Of a stretch of 64,000 nt of DNA, positions 24,809-38,110 are shown piece by piece. The notes under the pieces are model-generated. The model searched no databases, was not told where the DNA came from, and saw only the letters and a program-made list of their open reading frames with translations. How positions within the stretch are numbered: the first letter of the stretch is position 1; each line of letters begins with the position of its first letter. Position numbers and translations under genes: made by a program. Origin of the DNA: Octopus sinensis (taxonomy: Eukaryota); NCBI RefSeq assembly GCF_006345805.1, contig NC_043015.1, forward strand, positions 46,686,001-46,750,000, written 5' to 3'.

Positions 24809-26309
24809 ACTTCAAAGACAAATTTGACTCTTCAGCTCTGGGATGCAGAATTCTGTTATGGTTATTGGTCATTTGGTCATCAAAGAATAAATAGTCCAGC
24901 GTCAGTGATGTTGGGTTATCTCCCCTAGATCAGCTATTTGTGGGCTGGGAGAGAGGGAACAAGGGATTTTATTCCTTGTGCTGCTTTTGGATTGTAAGGA
25001 CCCTTTCAGGCTTGGTCAACAAACATGGAATCTCATGTTTACAGCATATATGTATACTCTTACTCTTTTACTTGTTTCAGTCATTTGACTGCGGCCATGC
25101 TGGAGCACTGCCTTTAGTCGAGCAAATCGACCCCAGGACTTATTCTTTGTAAGCCCAGTACTTATTCTATCGGTCACTTTTGCCGAGCCGCTAAGTGACG
25201 GGGACGTAAACACACCAGCATCGGTTGTCAAACAATGCTAGGGGGACAAACACACACACACAAACACGCATACATATATATATATATACATATATATGAC
25301 AGGCTTCTTTCAGTTTCCGTCTACCAAATCCACTCACAAGGCATTGGTCGGCCCGGGGCTATAGCAGAAGACACTTGCCCAAGATGCCACGCAGTGGGAC
25401 TGAACCCGGAACCATGAGGTTGGTTAGCAAGCTACTTACCACGTTTATGCCTATGTTTGTCCCCCCCACACCATCGCTTGACAACTGTCCTGGGGTCGAT
25501 TTCTTCAACTAAAACCTTTTAAGGTGCTGCTCCAGCATGGTCACAGTCAAATGGCTGAAACAAATAAAAGAATAAAATAAAAGAATCCAATCAAGAAAGC
25601 CAGCTGGCAGAATCATTAGCATGTTGGACAAAAGGCTCTGTGGCATTTTTCTGGCTCTTTATATTCTGAGCCCAAATTTCACCAAGTCACCTTTACTCTT
25701 CATCCTCTCAGGGTCCACTGGCTCGGGAATGAAATATGCTTAGGGGGTGCAAACTCAGGTCCAAAAATATTTACAAACAAGGTCTTATTTATTTTTTTTG
25801 TTGTTGTTATTTTTGTGTTTTGTTCTTTGAGAAGGAACCTAACTTCAAGCTACTTTTTACACATCACTTTTTATTTACCGTTTTCTAAACCTGAGAAAAA
25901 TAAGTAGGGCTGCAAATTTTGGTTCTGCACTCCGCAAAAATTCTAGGGGTGCGCTTGCACCCCCTGTTCCCAGGCCCATGTCAGGGTCAGTAAAATACCA
26001 GTCAAATATTGAGATCAGTGGTGCAATCAATGAACCCCATCCCACTAATATTGCTGGTCTTGTACCAAATTAGAATTATTAAAGGCAGTGAGTTGGTAGA
26101 ATCGTTAGTGCATGGAATGAAATGCTTAGCATCATTTCTTCCAGCTCTTTACATTTCAAGTTCAAATTCCACTCAGGTTGACTTTACCTTTCATTCTTTC
26201 AGGGGCAATAAGATATAATACCAGTCAAGTATTAGAGCTGATGTAATCAACTTGCCCCGCCTCAAAACTGCTGGCCTTGTGACAAAATTTTAAATAATTA
26301 TCTCTATTA

Positions 26310-26863
26310 CTAGCTGGCCCCGTGCCGTCAAAGATGACAGCTAATTGTAGTATTTTATATATAAATAAGGTACATAATGCAGACACCCATAAAATTATTA
26401 ACCATCTTACAAATAATAACTCTGAGCACCTTTTCAAACTCCACCGGTCTAACTCCCGTGGACATATTTACAAAGTCAGAAAACAGCACAGCTCCCATGA
26501 CTTTCGGAAATGTTTTTTCAGGCTAAGAGTTGCTGAAGTATGGAACAAACTGCCAGCATCAGTTGTTAGTTGTCGGAGCAATGCATCCTTCAAAACTTCC
26601 ATGCTTCCTGAGATTCGCCAACACTACACCTGATTTTCTCCCCTCCATACACACGCAAGCATGTATCTGACTCATACACTGTTCATTTCCTAGACATTTG
26701 TACATTACTGCATATGCACTTTTGACAAGTTGTGGTGCACCTGAGCACTGTATACAATAATTTCATTATTATTATTTTATAATAATCACTGATACAAATA
26801 TTCACATACTTCCCTTGTACATGTACATACATATACTCACACGCTCGTTATTATATTAGAAGA
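26310..26863 (-). mobile_element. Short Helitron (second family) interrupted by a CR1 3' end at 26379-26776
   Basis: Minus strand starts TCTTCTAATATAATAACG and ends GACGGCACGGGGCCAGCTAG, between A and T. The CR1 part encodes DTHKIINHLTNNNSEHLFKLHRSNSRGHIYKVRKQ..WNKLPASVV. Confidence 0.75.
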
Positions 26864-27262
26864 TTGTTGTTGATTGTCACAATTAAAAATATAGAGATTC
26901 TGATTCTGCAATTTTTTTTAAAACCAAATTTCAATTTTTTCCCCACCAAAATATCAAAGTCGATTATTTATGATAATTTTTCACTTTCAATTTGTGATCA
27001 TAAATCAAAAGAATACCTTTTTTACCTCTGTCTCTTTCATGTGAAATCAATCAATTAAAGCTGTTTATCAACCCACTGTCTGGTACAAATCCACTGTCAC
27101 CCTATTATTAAGCTATTGATAAAAGCAACACTTAATTGGATATTCATTTTTCTTTTTTCTTTCTTTTAGCATCAGGTGTTTTTTAGTTCTGTTTTATTGA
27201 TCAATAATAACAATTATGATATTCTTCCTGTTTCATTTATTGCACTACTTTTCAGTATTTTT

Positions 27263-27790
27263 TAATAATAATAATAATGAAATTATTGTATACAGTGCTC
27301 AGGTGCACCACAACTTGTCAAAAGTGCATATAAAGCATATGTAGTAATGTACAAATATCTGGAAAGTGAACAGTGTATGAGTCAGATACATGCTTGCGTG
27401 TGTATGGAGGGGAGAAAATCAGGTGTAGTGTTGGCAAATCTCAAGAAGCATGGACGTTTTGAAGGATGCAGTGCTCCAACAACTAACAACTGATGCCGGC
27501 AGTTTGTTCCATACTTCAGCAACTCTTAGTGTGAAAAAATGTTTCCGAAAGTCATGGGAGCTGTGCTGTTTTCTGACTTTGTAAATATGCCCTCAGGTGT
27601 TAGACAGGTGGAGTTTGAAAAGGTGCTCAGAGTTATTGTTTGTAAGATGGTTAATAATTTTATGGGTGTCTGCCAAGTCAGCTGCCAGACGTCGGAGTTA
27701 CAATGTGTCCATGTTCAGGGAAGTAAGGCTTTTGGTTTGGTGTCTGCTATTAGATGTTCAGAATTCAAAAGGTTGTTAGGAGAATGGTCA
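27263..27790 (-). mobile_element. CR1-clade LINE 3' end
   Basis: Reverse complement of the same CR1 terminus; may extend to about 28000. Confidence 0.88.
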
Positions 27791-28204
27791 TAGCTGATTG
27801 AATAGAATCTGATTATAGTTTTCTTGATTATTAAATTCGTCTTTAGATTGATTGATTGCAGTACTATATACACAGGTGTCTCATTTTTGATTATATAAAC
27901 TGTTCCAGACTAGATTCGAAATAGGGATTGTTGTTTATATATTAAGGATAGTAATGTCCTTAGCTAATAACCTTCTTGCTACAAGACAATCATGATAATA
28001 ATTTTAACTTTGGATCAACATAGGTATATATGTGTGTGTGTGTGTATATATTCTTGTATGTAGATAGATAGATAGATAGATAAGGGTAAAATCCAGGGAT
28101 AAAAGTGTAGGGAGTTTGTAAGTTTCAAGCAATCCGTGGCAGGTATAGAAAACAATATGTAGCCTGAATTTTACTCATTCCACTTTCTTAATCTGGATGT
28201 ATGT

Positions 28205-28565
28205 GTGTGTGTATATATATTGGGGGGACCCCCTTCGGTCACGACACTGACCATGGGATTGCACCTAGAAAATTACCCTCCTAGTCACAAGTCCGGGCAA
28301 GATGGTTTATGGAAGACCAGCAGTCGCCCATGCATACCGGCCTCCCCTCTCCACGCCACCAGTGTTGTCCAAGGAAAGGTAGCAGTCGATACAGTTTGGC
28401 ACCTGTGACGTCGCAACTCATTTCTACAGCTGAGTTAACTGGAGCAACGTGAAATAAAGTGTCTTGCTCAAGAACACAACACGCAGCCCGGTCCGGGATT
28501 TAAACTCAAAACCTCACGATTGTAAGCTCGACGCTCTAACCACTGAGCCATGTGCCTTCACGTGT
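28205..28565 (-). mobile_element. tRNA-derived SINE with CORE-like block
   Basis: Minus strand TGGCTCAGTGGTTAGAGC (A box), GAGTTTAAATCC (B-like), TTGAGCAAGACACTTTATTTCACGTTGCTCCAG. Confidence 0.75.
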
Positions 28566-28716
28566 GTCTATATAGACGTGCACTAACATACACACTAATG
28601 GGTGCACTTATAAAAAATTCTGGGTGATAAAATATTCAGTTTTATTGTCAGTTACTTGTAGCAAGCTATAATAATAAAAGAATTAATTAAAATACACATT
28701 CTTTTACATCATTTAA

Positions 28717-29234
28717 TCCATTAACATTTAAACTGGCCATATCAGGCTCAAATATTTTACCTGTTTTGTGTTCAAGCTGATCAGATTCAGTTTCCTGCGT
28801 CCACCTTACAATGTTATTCTAAAGCTAAAGCTACATCATCAAAATCTCAAAGCTATTAGATTATAGGCGTAGGAGTGGCTGTGTGGTAAGTAGCTTGCTT
28901 ACCAACCACATGGTTCCGGGTTCAGTCCTACTGCGTGGCACCTTGGGCAAGTGTCTTCTACTATAACCTCGGGCCGACCAAAGCCTTGTGAGTGGATTTG
29001 GTAGACGGAAACTGAAAGAAGCCTGTCGTATGTATATATATGTATGTGTGTGTGTGTGTGTGTGCTTGTCCCCCAACATTGTCGATTTGCTTGACTAAAG
29101 GCGGTGCTCCAGCATGGCCGCAGTCAAATGACTGAAACAAGTAAAAAAAAAAAAGAAAAATAATGCATGATTAAGCCAAAATAGTGTGAATCAATAAGCT
29201 TTGCATCTGATAGAGTAATCTGAGTACCAAAAGG
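28717..29234. mobile_element. piggyBac-type MITE interrupted by SINE B (28864-29150)
   Basis: TTAA flanks; similar to 11741-11960. Confidence 0.6.
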
Positions 29235-29874
29235 TTAATAACTGTAAGACATGTATATGTATGTGTATGGCTGCACTCATACTTACCTGTAATCTTATCT
29301 GCTATTACGCTCAGTGTCCTCACCTATCTACCATAGCCTCCCTGAGCCATTCCTATATCTCTCACCATTGCCTGCTACAGTCACCTCTACCCATTCTCTA
29401 GCACTCCCATTGTATCTTGAAGATATGTTCCAACATATCTCCACCAACATCTCCCCCTTTCCTTTCTTTTCTATCTGGAGTAGCTTCATATCTCCTCTAC
29501 AGCAACACACCCATTTCTAGCCCTCTCTCATACTTTAACCTTTCATCAACTGGCACAAAGCCACCCCAGTCAGGGGATCTTAAGTCTTGCAAGTTACCTG
29601 ATGACCCGACTGATGCTGGTGCCATGTGAAAAGCACTGAGTACACTCTGTAAAGTGGTTGGCATTAGGAAGGGCATCCAGCCATAGAAACCAGGCCAAAG
29701 CAGCCAAGAAAGCTTGGTATAGTCTATTAGCTTGCCAGCATCTGTTGAGCCATCCAGCTCATGCCAACATGGAAAATGGATGTTAAATGATGATAAATAT
29801 ATGTACACTTACACACACATACCTCCTCTTGCACTCTCCTATCTTTGAAAGAACTTTTTCTTCACCCATTCCCT

Positions 29875-30090
29875 TCCGGTCATTCAAAATGTGACCACGT
29901 GTGTACCGTTGCCAATTTTTTTTCCTCTGTCTTCCCTTCTTTGGATCTTTCCTTTTCCTGTGTATCTGACAAAGAACTCTGCTCGAAACGTTAAACCCTC
30001 CTTCTTTCCTGAGCGCCCAATAACACTATACTTGTTCCACGTCCTCATGTTGTTGTGTTTTCTCTTTGTGTTTTCATGTTTGGATTAACT
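29875..30090 (+). mobile_element. About 215-bp element carrying a minimal hammerhead-like motif (29961-29996)
   Basis: CTGACAA-A-GAAC-TCT-GCTC-GAAACGTT-AAAC; homologous to 32497-32718. Confidence 0.65.
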
Positions 30091-30378
30091 GTATATATAT
30101 ATATCCATATTATATGTATTTATATATAAACACGCACACAATTTGTACATAGTTAATTCAGGTATTCTTTTATACTTTTATTCTGTCATTCTTTTACTTG
30201 TTTCAGTCATTTGACTGTGGCCATGCTGGAGCACTGCCTTTAGTTGAGCAAATCAACCCCAGGACTTTTTCTTTATAAGCCTAATACTTATTCTTTTGGT
30301 CTCTTTTGCTGAACTGCTCAGTTACAGGATGTAAACACACTGGCATCAGTTGTCAAGCGATGTTGGGGTGACAAACAT

Positions 30379-30452
<74 letters not shown>

Positions 30453-31116
30453 TGACAGGCTTCTTTCAGTTTCTTATTTCTTTATTGCCCACAAGGGGAT
30501 AAACAGAGGGGACAAACAAAGGAATTAAGTCAATTACATCAATCCCAGTGCGTAACTGGTACTTGATTTATCGACCCCGAAAGGATGAAAGGCAAAGTTG
30601 ACCTCAGCGGAAAAGTATGGAAAAGTGTACCTAAAACCATTTGCAAGTTACTTGGTGACCCTGCCAGTGCTGGTGCCATGTAAAAAGCATCCAGTCTACA
30701 CTATGAAGTGGGTGGCATTTGGAAGGGTGTCCAACTGTAAAAAAACCACGCCAAAACTGACCTCACCTGTGCTGGTGCCACATAAATAGCACTCAGTCCA
30801 TTCTGTGGGGTGGTTGGTATTAGGAAGGGCATCAAACTGAAAAAAACCATGCCAAAACAGACACAGTAGCCTGAGGTAGTCTTCTACCTGGCTGGCTCCT
30901 GTCAGACTATTCAACCCATGCCAGCATGGAAGGTGGACGTTAAACGATGATGATGATGTTGAAATTTCTGTCCATTCACCAGAAACGATAAATTACAGGA
31001 CTCAGTTATTCTTTAGCACATTATAAATGAAAGGCTTTGATTTCCTGTACTCTGAGTTGCTTGTTTCCATTTGTCAGCTTGTATACTGCACACACACACT
31101 CATTGTTTTCAAAAGG

Positions 31117-31497
31117 AGGCGCAATGGCCCAGTAGTTAGGGCAGCGGACTCGCAGTCGTAGGATCACGGTTTCGATTCCCAGACCGGGCGTTGTGAGTGT
31201 TTATTGAGCGAAAACATCTAAAGGTCCACGAGGCTCCGGCAGGGATGGTGGTGATCCCTGCTGTACTCTTTCACCACAACTTTCTCTCACTCTTACTTCC
31301 TGTTTCTGTTGTACCTGTATTTCAAAGGGCCGGCCTTGTCACTCTCTGTGTCACGCTGAATATCCCCAAGAACTACGTTAAGGGTACACGTGTCTGTGGA
31401 GTGCTCAGCCACTTACACGTTAATTTCATGAGCAGGCTGTTCCGTTGATCGGATCAACCGGAACCCTCATCGTCGTAACCGACGGAGTGCTTCCACC
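31117..31497 (+). mobile_element. tRNA(Arg)-like-headed SINE family C
   Basis: GGAGGCGCAATGGCCCAGTAGTTAGGGCAGCGGACTCG..GGTTTCGATTCC; body matches 41254-41640. Confidence 0.9.
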
Positions 31498-31760
31498 ACC
31501 AGTTTTCAAAAGTGTTAATTAAAAACATCAATTAAAAGTATTATACAAAAGAATTATTTTGGAACATTGCTTAAATAGCAACGCAATTTCCAAGTTGCTT
31601 GTTTCCAGTCATCAGGAAGTAAACTGTAAACTACACACACATTTATTGTTTTCAAAAACATTAAAAGTGTTACTTAAAAGTATTATTTTGGAACATTGCT
31701 TAAACAGCGACGCAATTTCATGACTTCAATTGTATAGAGTTTATAATGCTTATAATGATA

Positions 31761-32140
31761 CTAGCAGTATCGTCCGGTGTTGCTCGGGTTTGTTTCGACC
31801 CTTTAGAATTGGAATTTTTCAAAAGTAAAATTCTAGCATTATGTAGCTTGTTATTCTCTTTAAGTGAACATTTTTCTGGTTGAAATACACTGAAAAATGG
31901 CGACACAGCATTAAAAAAATCGTAAAAAATGGGGATTTTTATAGAAAAAAAGCACCTTTTTGATGTAAATAATTTTTGGTGTTAACATGGTCCGATTTGA
32001 AATTTTATCTTCTACGGAAGGAAGAGCAAGCCTTCTTCTATCATACTCTCAATTTTGGTCAACTTGCACCGCAGGGTCTCGGAGGAGATAGTGTTAGTTG
32101 AAGGCTACCAAACCAGACAACTTCAGCTTTATATAAATAG
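31761..32140 (-). mobile_element. Non-autonomous Helitron
   Basis: Near-identical to 13388-13780; 3' CTAG end preserved. Confidence 0.8.
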
Positions 32141-32496
32141 GTTACCAAGAGAACCAGAAATGAGATCAAAAGCTTGAGTTTGAGGCAGCTGTTTTCGCAC
32201 ATGTTGTTCACAAAGGTTTTTTTTTCTAATGAAAGAGTATATGTATAATGATGTTCCCTTCAAACTTTCTTTCATGTTTCCAGAAATATTCAGACGGTGA
32301 ATATTTGCATAGGTGCAGGCATGGCTGTGTGGTAAGAAGCTTGCTTCCCAACCACATGGTTCTGGGTTCAGACCCACTGCATAGCACCTCGGGCAAGTGT
32401 CTTCTATTTTAGCCTCAGGCAGGCTAAAACCTTGTGAGTAGACATGGTAGATGGAAACTGAAAAAAAGACCATCATATATATGTATATATATATAT

Positions 32497-32718
32497 CTTC
32501 CGGTCTTTCAAAATGTGACCTCATGTGTACCGTTGGCGATTTTTTTTTCCTCTGTCTTCCCTTCTCTGGATCTTTCCTTCTCTTATGTTTCCGACGAAGA
32601 GCTCCGCTCGAAACATTAAACCCTCCTTCTTTCCTTCTTTCCTGAACGCCCAATAATACTATATTGTTCCACGTCCTCGCGTTGTTGTGTTTTTTTGTGC
32701 TTTCATGTTTGGATTAAC
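32497..32718 (+). mobile_element. About 220-bp hammerhead-bearing element inserted in the (TA)n of a SINE B
   Basis: GTTT-CCGACGA-A-GAGC-TCC-GCTC-GAAACATT-AAAC at 32587-32621; SINE B 5' arm precedes it and 3' arm follows. Confidence 0.68.
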
Positions 32719-33038
32719 TTTATATATATATATCTATGTGGGTGTCTGTGTTTGCCCCCCCCTCCATCGCTTGACAACCGATGTTGGTGTGCTCATATCC
32801 CTGTAACTTAGCGGTTTGGCAAAAGAGACCAATAGAATAAGTACTAGGCTTACAATAAGTCCTGGAGTCAATTTGTTCAACTAAAACCCTTTAAGGCAGT
32901 GCTCTAGCATGGCCTCAGTCTAATGACTGAAACAAGTAACAGAGTATTCTAAAGAAAACCAAGCTCAGTTTACTAGCTGATGATCAGAAATGAGTTACTC
33001 GGAGTACTGGAAATTGGAGCTTTTCAGTTATAATATAT

Positions 33039-33190
33039 ACGAGGTGGTGCTGAAAAGTTTCTAGCTTTAAGGGTATTGCAAAAGGCCTATTTGGAGGCCC
33101 GACATTCTGAGTTCTTTCATAGGGCTTAGAAAAACTGAAGGACCGCTGCAGTAAGAACATGAATCTGAGGGGTGGGGATACTGAATAAAA
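33039..33190 (+). mobile_element. Mariner-derived short element
   Basis: TA-CGAGGTGGTGCTGAAAAGTT mariner-type end; truncated by SINE B. Confidence 0.5.
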
Positions 33191-33192
33191 TC

Positions 33193-33590
33193 ATAGGAGT
33201 GGCTGTGTGGTAAGTAGCTTGTTTACCAACCACATGGTTCCGGGTTCAGTCCCACTGCGTGGCACCTTGGGCAAGTGTCTTCTACTATAGACTTGGGCCG
33301 ACCAATGCCTTGTGAGTGGATTTGGTAGACGGAAACTGAAAGAAGCCTGTCGTATATATATATATATATATATATGCGTTTGTGTGTCTGTGTTTGTCCC
33401 CCTAGCATTGCTTGACAACCGATGCTGGTGTGTTTACATCCCCATTACTTAGCGGTTCGGCAAAAGAGACCGATAGAATAAGTACTGGGCTTACAAAAGA
33501 TTAAGTCCCGGGGTCGAGTTGCTCGATTAAAGGCGGTGCTCCAGCATGGCCGCAGTCAAATGACTGAAACAAGTAAAAGAGTAAAAGATC
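33193..33590 (+). mobile_element. SINE family B (further full copies at 33824-34245 and 36585-36990)
   Basis: Full consensus match. Confidence 0.92.
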
Positions 33591-35159
33591 TTCAAGTACT
33601 TCTTTTACCCTAAGCCAGGAACTTTTCAGTATCCACTTGTATACACACATACACACACATGTATGTGTGTTTCTGTGAGTTCATTCATATTTCATCATCT
33701 TCATATATATATTCAGTGACCTCGTTAGCTGTGTTGTTTGCTTGTAGTCTGCTGTGAAAGTGAGTCTGGGCTTCTGACTTCTGAACGAGATGTTCTTTCA
33801 TACAGTGTTATTTGTCTCCAGTTAGGCGTAGGATTGGCTGTGTGGTAAGTAGCTTGCTTACCAACCACATGTTCCGGGTTCAGTCCCACTGCATGGCACC
33901 TTGGGCAAGTGTCTTCTACTATAGCCTTGGGCCAACCAAAGCCTTGTGAGTGGATTTGGTAGACAGAAACTGAAAGAAGCCCATCATATGTATATATATA
34001 TATATATATAATATATATGTATGTATGTGTGTGTATATGTGTTTGTGTTTGTACCCCCAACATCGCTTGACAACTGATGCTGGTGCGTTTACGCCCCCAT
34101 AACTTAGCAGTTCAGCAAAAGAAACTGATAGAATAAGTACTAGGCTTACAAGGAATAAGTCCTGGGGTCGATTTGCTCGACTAAAGGCAGTGCTCCAGCA
34201 TTGTCGCAGTCAAATGACTGAAACAAGTAAAAGAGTAAAGAGTTCTTCACCTTAACATGTTGAGACTGTTTGTTGTGCAATAGATGAGGATGTTATTACC
34301 TCACTTGGAAACAAGCAAGGATTGGCAACAGGAAGGGCATCCAGCTGTAGAAAACTCTTCTCCAGTACCCTTTCATCTCACACATACAAACATGGAAAAA
34401 CAGATGTTAAAATGATGATGATGAGAGTTTAATAAGCAAATTATTCATCGTTTGTCTGTCTGAAGTAACATGTTCTCCAAGAGAAATTGTGACATTTTGC
34501 ACTGCTAAGTTTATATAAAAGTACTTTCACAGGTTATATATCAAAAGCTGTATTCATTAGCCTCAACATTTAACTCCGTATATATATATATATATATATA
34601 TACATAGAGAGAGAGAGAGAGAAATAAATAATATACAAATATATGCATATATACATACATATATGTACACACCTACATATGTATACACAACTGATGGAAG
34701 CATTAAATTTAAATTTATGCAAATATGTTTATTATATATGCATTAAGATATATATATATATATATGTACATATATCACCGTGACCGACGAAGTTATCAGA
34801 TGTTGCTACACATCGCTGGTCACAATGCGCTTTGCATTGTTTTAGCCTTCAAATAACGCCACCCCACTGTCTAAGCGAGTAGGCCAATATATATATTCAT
34901 TCATTCACACATATACACATATAAAACCACACGTTAATTAATGATATGTATGTATATATATATATTCATATGTATATTCATACACATATACAGATACACA
35001 CACATTTGCATAAATTTAAATATATTACTTCCAGCTTTCTACCTGCATGTTTTATCACTGCTGATTTAGTAGCAGTGTTCTAATTAGGCCGGATACATGT
35101 GTGTATATGCACATACACATACGGACATGTACATATATGATTGTATGTGCAGGATATCT

Positions 35160-36250
35160 GATCTCAGTGATAACATACAGCACTCTAAGGTTATCTGCAC
35201 TGATCTTTAAGCCTCTTGCTTTCTTTTTCCATCAGTGTCTGCCAGTATCACAGTTTGCAGATATTAATGTCTAAGGAATGAATTTCCTTGATAGACCAGT
35301 CAAGTATCCCAAATGCTGTTATCAGCACTGTTACTGAAAGTGCATTGTGGGATACTATCTTGCAAGAGGAAAGCTATGGCTGCCATTTTTTTTTTTAAAT
35401 CTCGTATAATATTCGGATCTTTTTGGTTTGAATGGCAGTTTTTCTAGCGGTGTCATATGAAATTGTCACCCATAATTATGACCCTAGTATCGATCTATTG
35501 CATTTCAATCTGTTTTAGAGTTAGGGTTAGGGGTGGGGGGGAGGGTATCTTTTTTTCTTCAGAAATGTAAATAAACCCAATCTGTTTCTTAAACGAGGGA
35601 CATATTCATATGGCACAAAATGTTTTTTTTTACCTCAATAGACGTCATTGATTGGTTAAATTTGCAGAAATTGAAGAAAAAAAAAACAAAAAATATCTTA
35701 CAGACTATAGAATTTTCTCAATAAAGCCAAGAAAAAAAGATGTTTTATAAGCACATTCTACCAGTGTACGAAGTTTAAAAGTGTTTAGTTACGTGGAAAT
35801 TATTTTAAAAAACTGCCGTTCAACCGAAAAGATCCTAATATTCTTTGGGCTACTTTTTATTCACAGCACTTTCATATGATACATGCTTATCAGTACCTAG
35901 ATATTTCTTGCACTTAGTCTGTAGAACAGGGAAGATAGAGTGCTCATTGCTGGAAAGGTTTTGGGGACAATTTTCATATTAAGTTTGTAAATATGAACCA
36001 GTTTTTTTTTACAAATTCCATCCCTATTTTAGCAGAAAGTATGATTAATTCCACTTGTTTCTCAGCATTGTAAATATTTTGAGCATGGATAGAGCTTTAG
36101 AGTTTCTACAAGTAAATTATAGGTTACATTAGCATCTCTTGTTGTAGACTTTATGACAGTCTTGGGCAAACTGTGGCCCACGGGACTTCCAATGAAAAGC
36201 TTACTCTGAATTATTTTAGTAGAAAGACATGCTTGATAAGCCAAGTCTCT
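35160..36250 (-). mobile_element. Highly degenerate RT region of an RLE-type (R4/Dong-like) non-LTR retrotransposon, split by a MITE
   Basis: Manual translation: TLKLYP..KQVELIILSAKIGMEF..KKYLGTDKHVSYESAVNKK; after the MITE, VLITAFGILDWSIKEIHSLDINICK. Confidence 0.6.
35415..35835 (-). mobile_element. MITE family M with 8-bp TSD
   Basis: GGATC...GATCC termini; TSD TAATATTC on both sides. Confidence 0.9.
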
Positions 36251-36745
36251 TGTGGTCTCATCATCATCATCATCATCATTTAACGCCTGCTTTCCATGCT
36301 AGCATGGGTTGAACGATTTGACTGAGGACTGGCGAACCAGATGACTGCGCCAGGCTCCAAACTGATCTGGCAGAGTTTCTACAGCTGGATGCCCTTCCTA
36401 ACACCAACCACTCCAACCTGCTGGCCTTGTGCCAAAATTTCAAACCAATATATAAAGTACAAGATTGGAGGTTGAGGTTATGGTATTATGTATCTTTCAT
36501 TAAAATCGTTTCAACAATGCATTGTTGAGATGCATATATAAATATAATTGTGTAATATATAGTAAATATTACACAATAGTGTAATAGGAGTGGCTGTGTG
36601 GTAAGTAGCTTGTTTACCAACCACATGGTTCTGGGTTCAGTCCCACTGCGTGGCACCTTGGGCAAGTGCCTTCTACTATAGCCTCAGGCTGACCAAAGCC
36701 TTGTGAGTGGATTTGGTAGACGGAAACTGAAAGAAGCCCGTCGTA

Positions 36746-36776
<31 letters not shown>

Positions 36777-37149
36777 GCATTTGTGTGTCTGTGTTTGTCC
36801 CCCTAGCATTGCTTGACAACCAATGCTGGTGTGTTTATGTCCCCGTTACTTAGCGGCTCGGCAAAAGAGACCGATAGAATAAGTACTGGGCTTACAAAAC
36901 AATAAGTCCCGGGGTCGAGTTGCTCGATTAAAGGTGGTGCTCCAGCATGGCCGCAGTCAAATGACTGAAACAAGTAAAAGAGTAAAGAGTAATAATATCA
37001 TTTATATTTATATTCATGATGTATCTGAACCACGTATTGTTGAAATGACTATAATGAAGGAATGCATGTCATACCACAACCACCATTTTGGGACTTAATG
37101 TGTTATACGTCATCACAATAAATTATCCCTGGTATTCCAATGTATATGA

Positions 37150-38110
37150 ATAGTTTCTTTTTAAGGAAAATTGTCCACATTTAAACTCTCTTCTGGTTTT
37201 GGCAGATACTCTCCTCTTCAGAGAAGAACCACAGCATATCTGGCTCCAGTGGGTGTTTCAACTTGTTGATCATCTTCTTGGTGTGTTTCGGTCACTTTTC
37301 CTGCATCACCTTGGGACAGAAATTGTCTCTTCCTCATCTTGTATGAAATGTAGTGAAATGTCCCCATGCACCACCTGCCCTGATGAGCTTTTCATCCGCA
37401 CCTTTCTCCCATGCAGTGGCATGCTTTGACTTGCGGAGATCATTGTCGATGATCTGGATCTCAATAAGGAATTCTTATTTCTTTATTGCCCACAAGGGGC
37501 TAAATAACAGAGGGGACAAACAAGGATAGACAAACAGATTAAGTCGATTACATTGACCCCAGTGCGTAACTGGTACTTAATTTATCGACCCCGAAAGGAT
37601 GAAAGGCAAAGTCGACCTTGGCGGAATTTGAACTCAGAACGTAGCGGCAGACGAAATACCTATTTCTATTTCTTTATTACCCACAAGGGGCTAAACACAG
37701 AGGGGACAAACAAGGACAGACATAGGTATTAAGTCGATTACATCGACCCCAGTGCATAACTGGTACTTAATTTATCGACCCCGGAAGGATGAAAGGCAAA
37801 GTGGACCTCGGTGGAATTTGAACTCAGAACGTAGCGGCAGACGAAATACCGCAATGCATTTCAGCCGGCGTGCTAACGATTCTGCCAACTCCTCGCCTTG
37901 AGGAATTCTGGCGTCCTAATGGCATTAGATTGTCAGTCATGGGGTTTTCCTCTCTGTTGTTGCCTCATAGTCAAATCCTGAATCTTTTAGCGCCTTTCTG
38001 GCCTTTTCCACCATCCTTCTGCTGATGTTGAGGAAATCTGAAAGCTCCTTTGTTTGTCCTTCTGGCACAGATGGCCAAAGAGGACTCCATGCCTCTTCTA
38101 TAAATTGGGG
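37150..38110 (-). pseudogene. Tc1/mariner-superfamily (maT-like) transposase 5' fragment, interrupted by a SINE
   Basis: ELSDFLNISRRMVEKARKALKDSG..RTPEF|LIEIQIIDNDLRKS..KKMINKLKHPLEPDMLWFFSEE once the SINE is removed. Confidence 0.75.
37476..37900 (-). mobile_element. Dimeric SINE family A with 9-bp TSD
   Basis: TSD AGGAATTCT (37467-75/37901-09); two units joined at GAAATAGGTATTTC. Confidence 0.9.

Noticed and set aside
31117-31200. tRNA-Arg gene
   Set aside because: No acceptor-stem pairing or terminator; it continues into a SINE body repeated elsewhere.
35520-35546. Interstitial telomere or fusion site
   Set aside because: Only 2-3 TTAGGG units, always inside MITE M.
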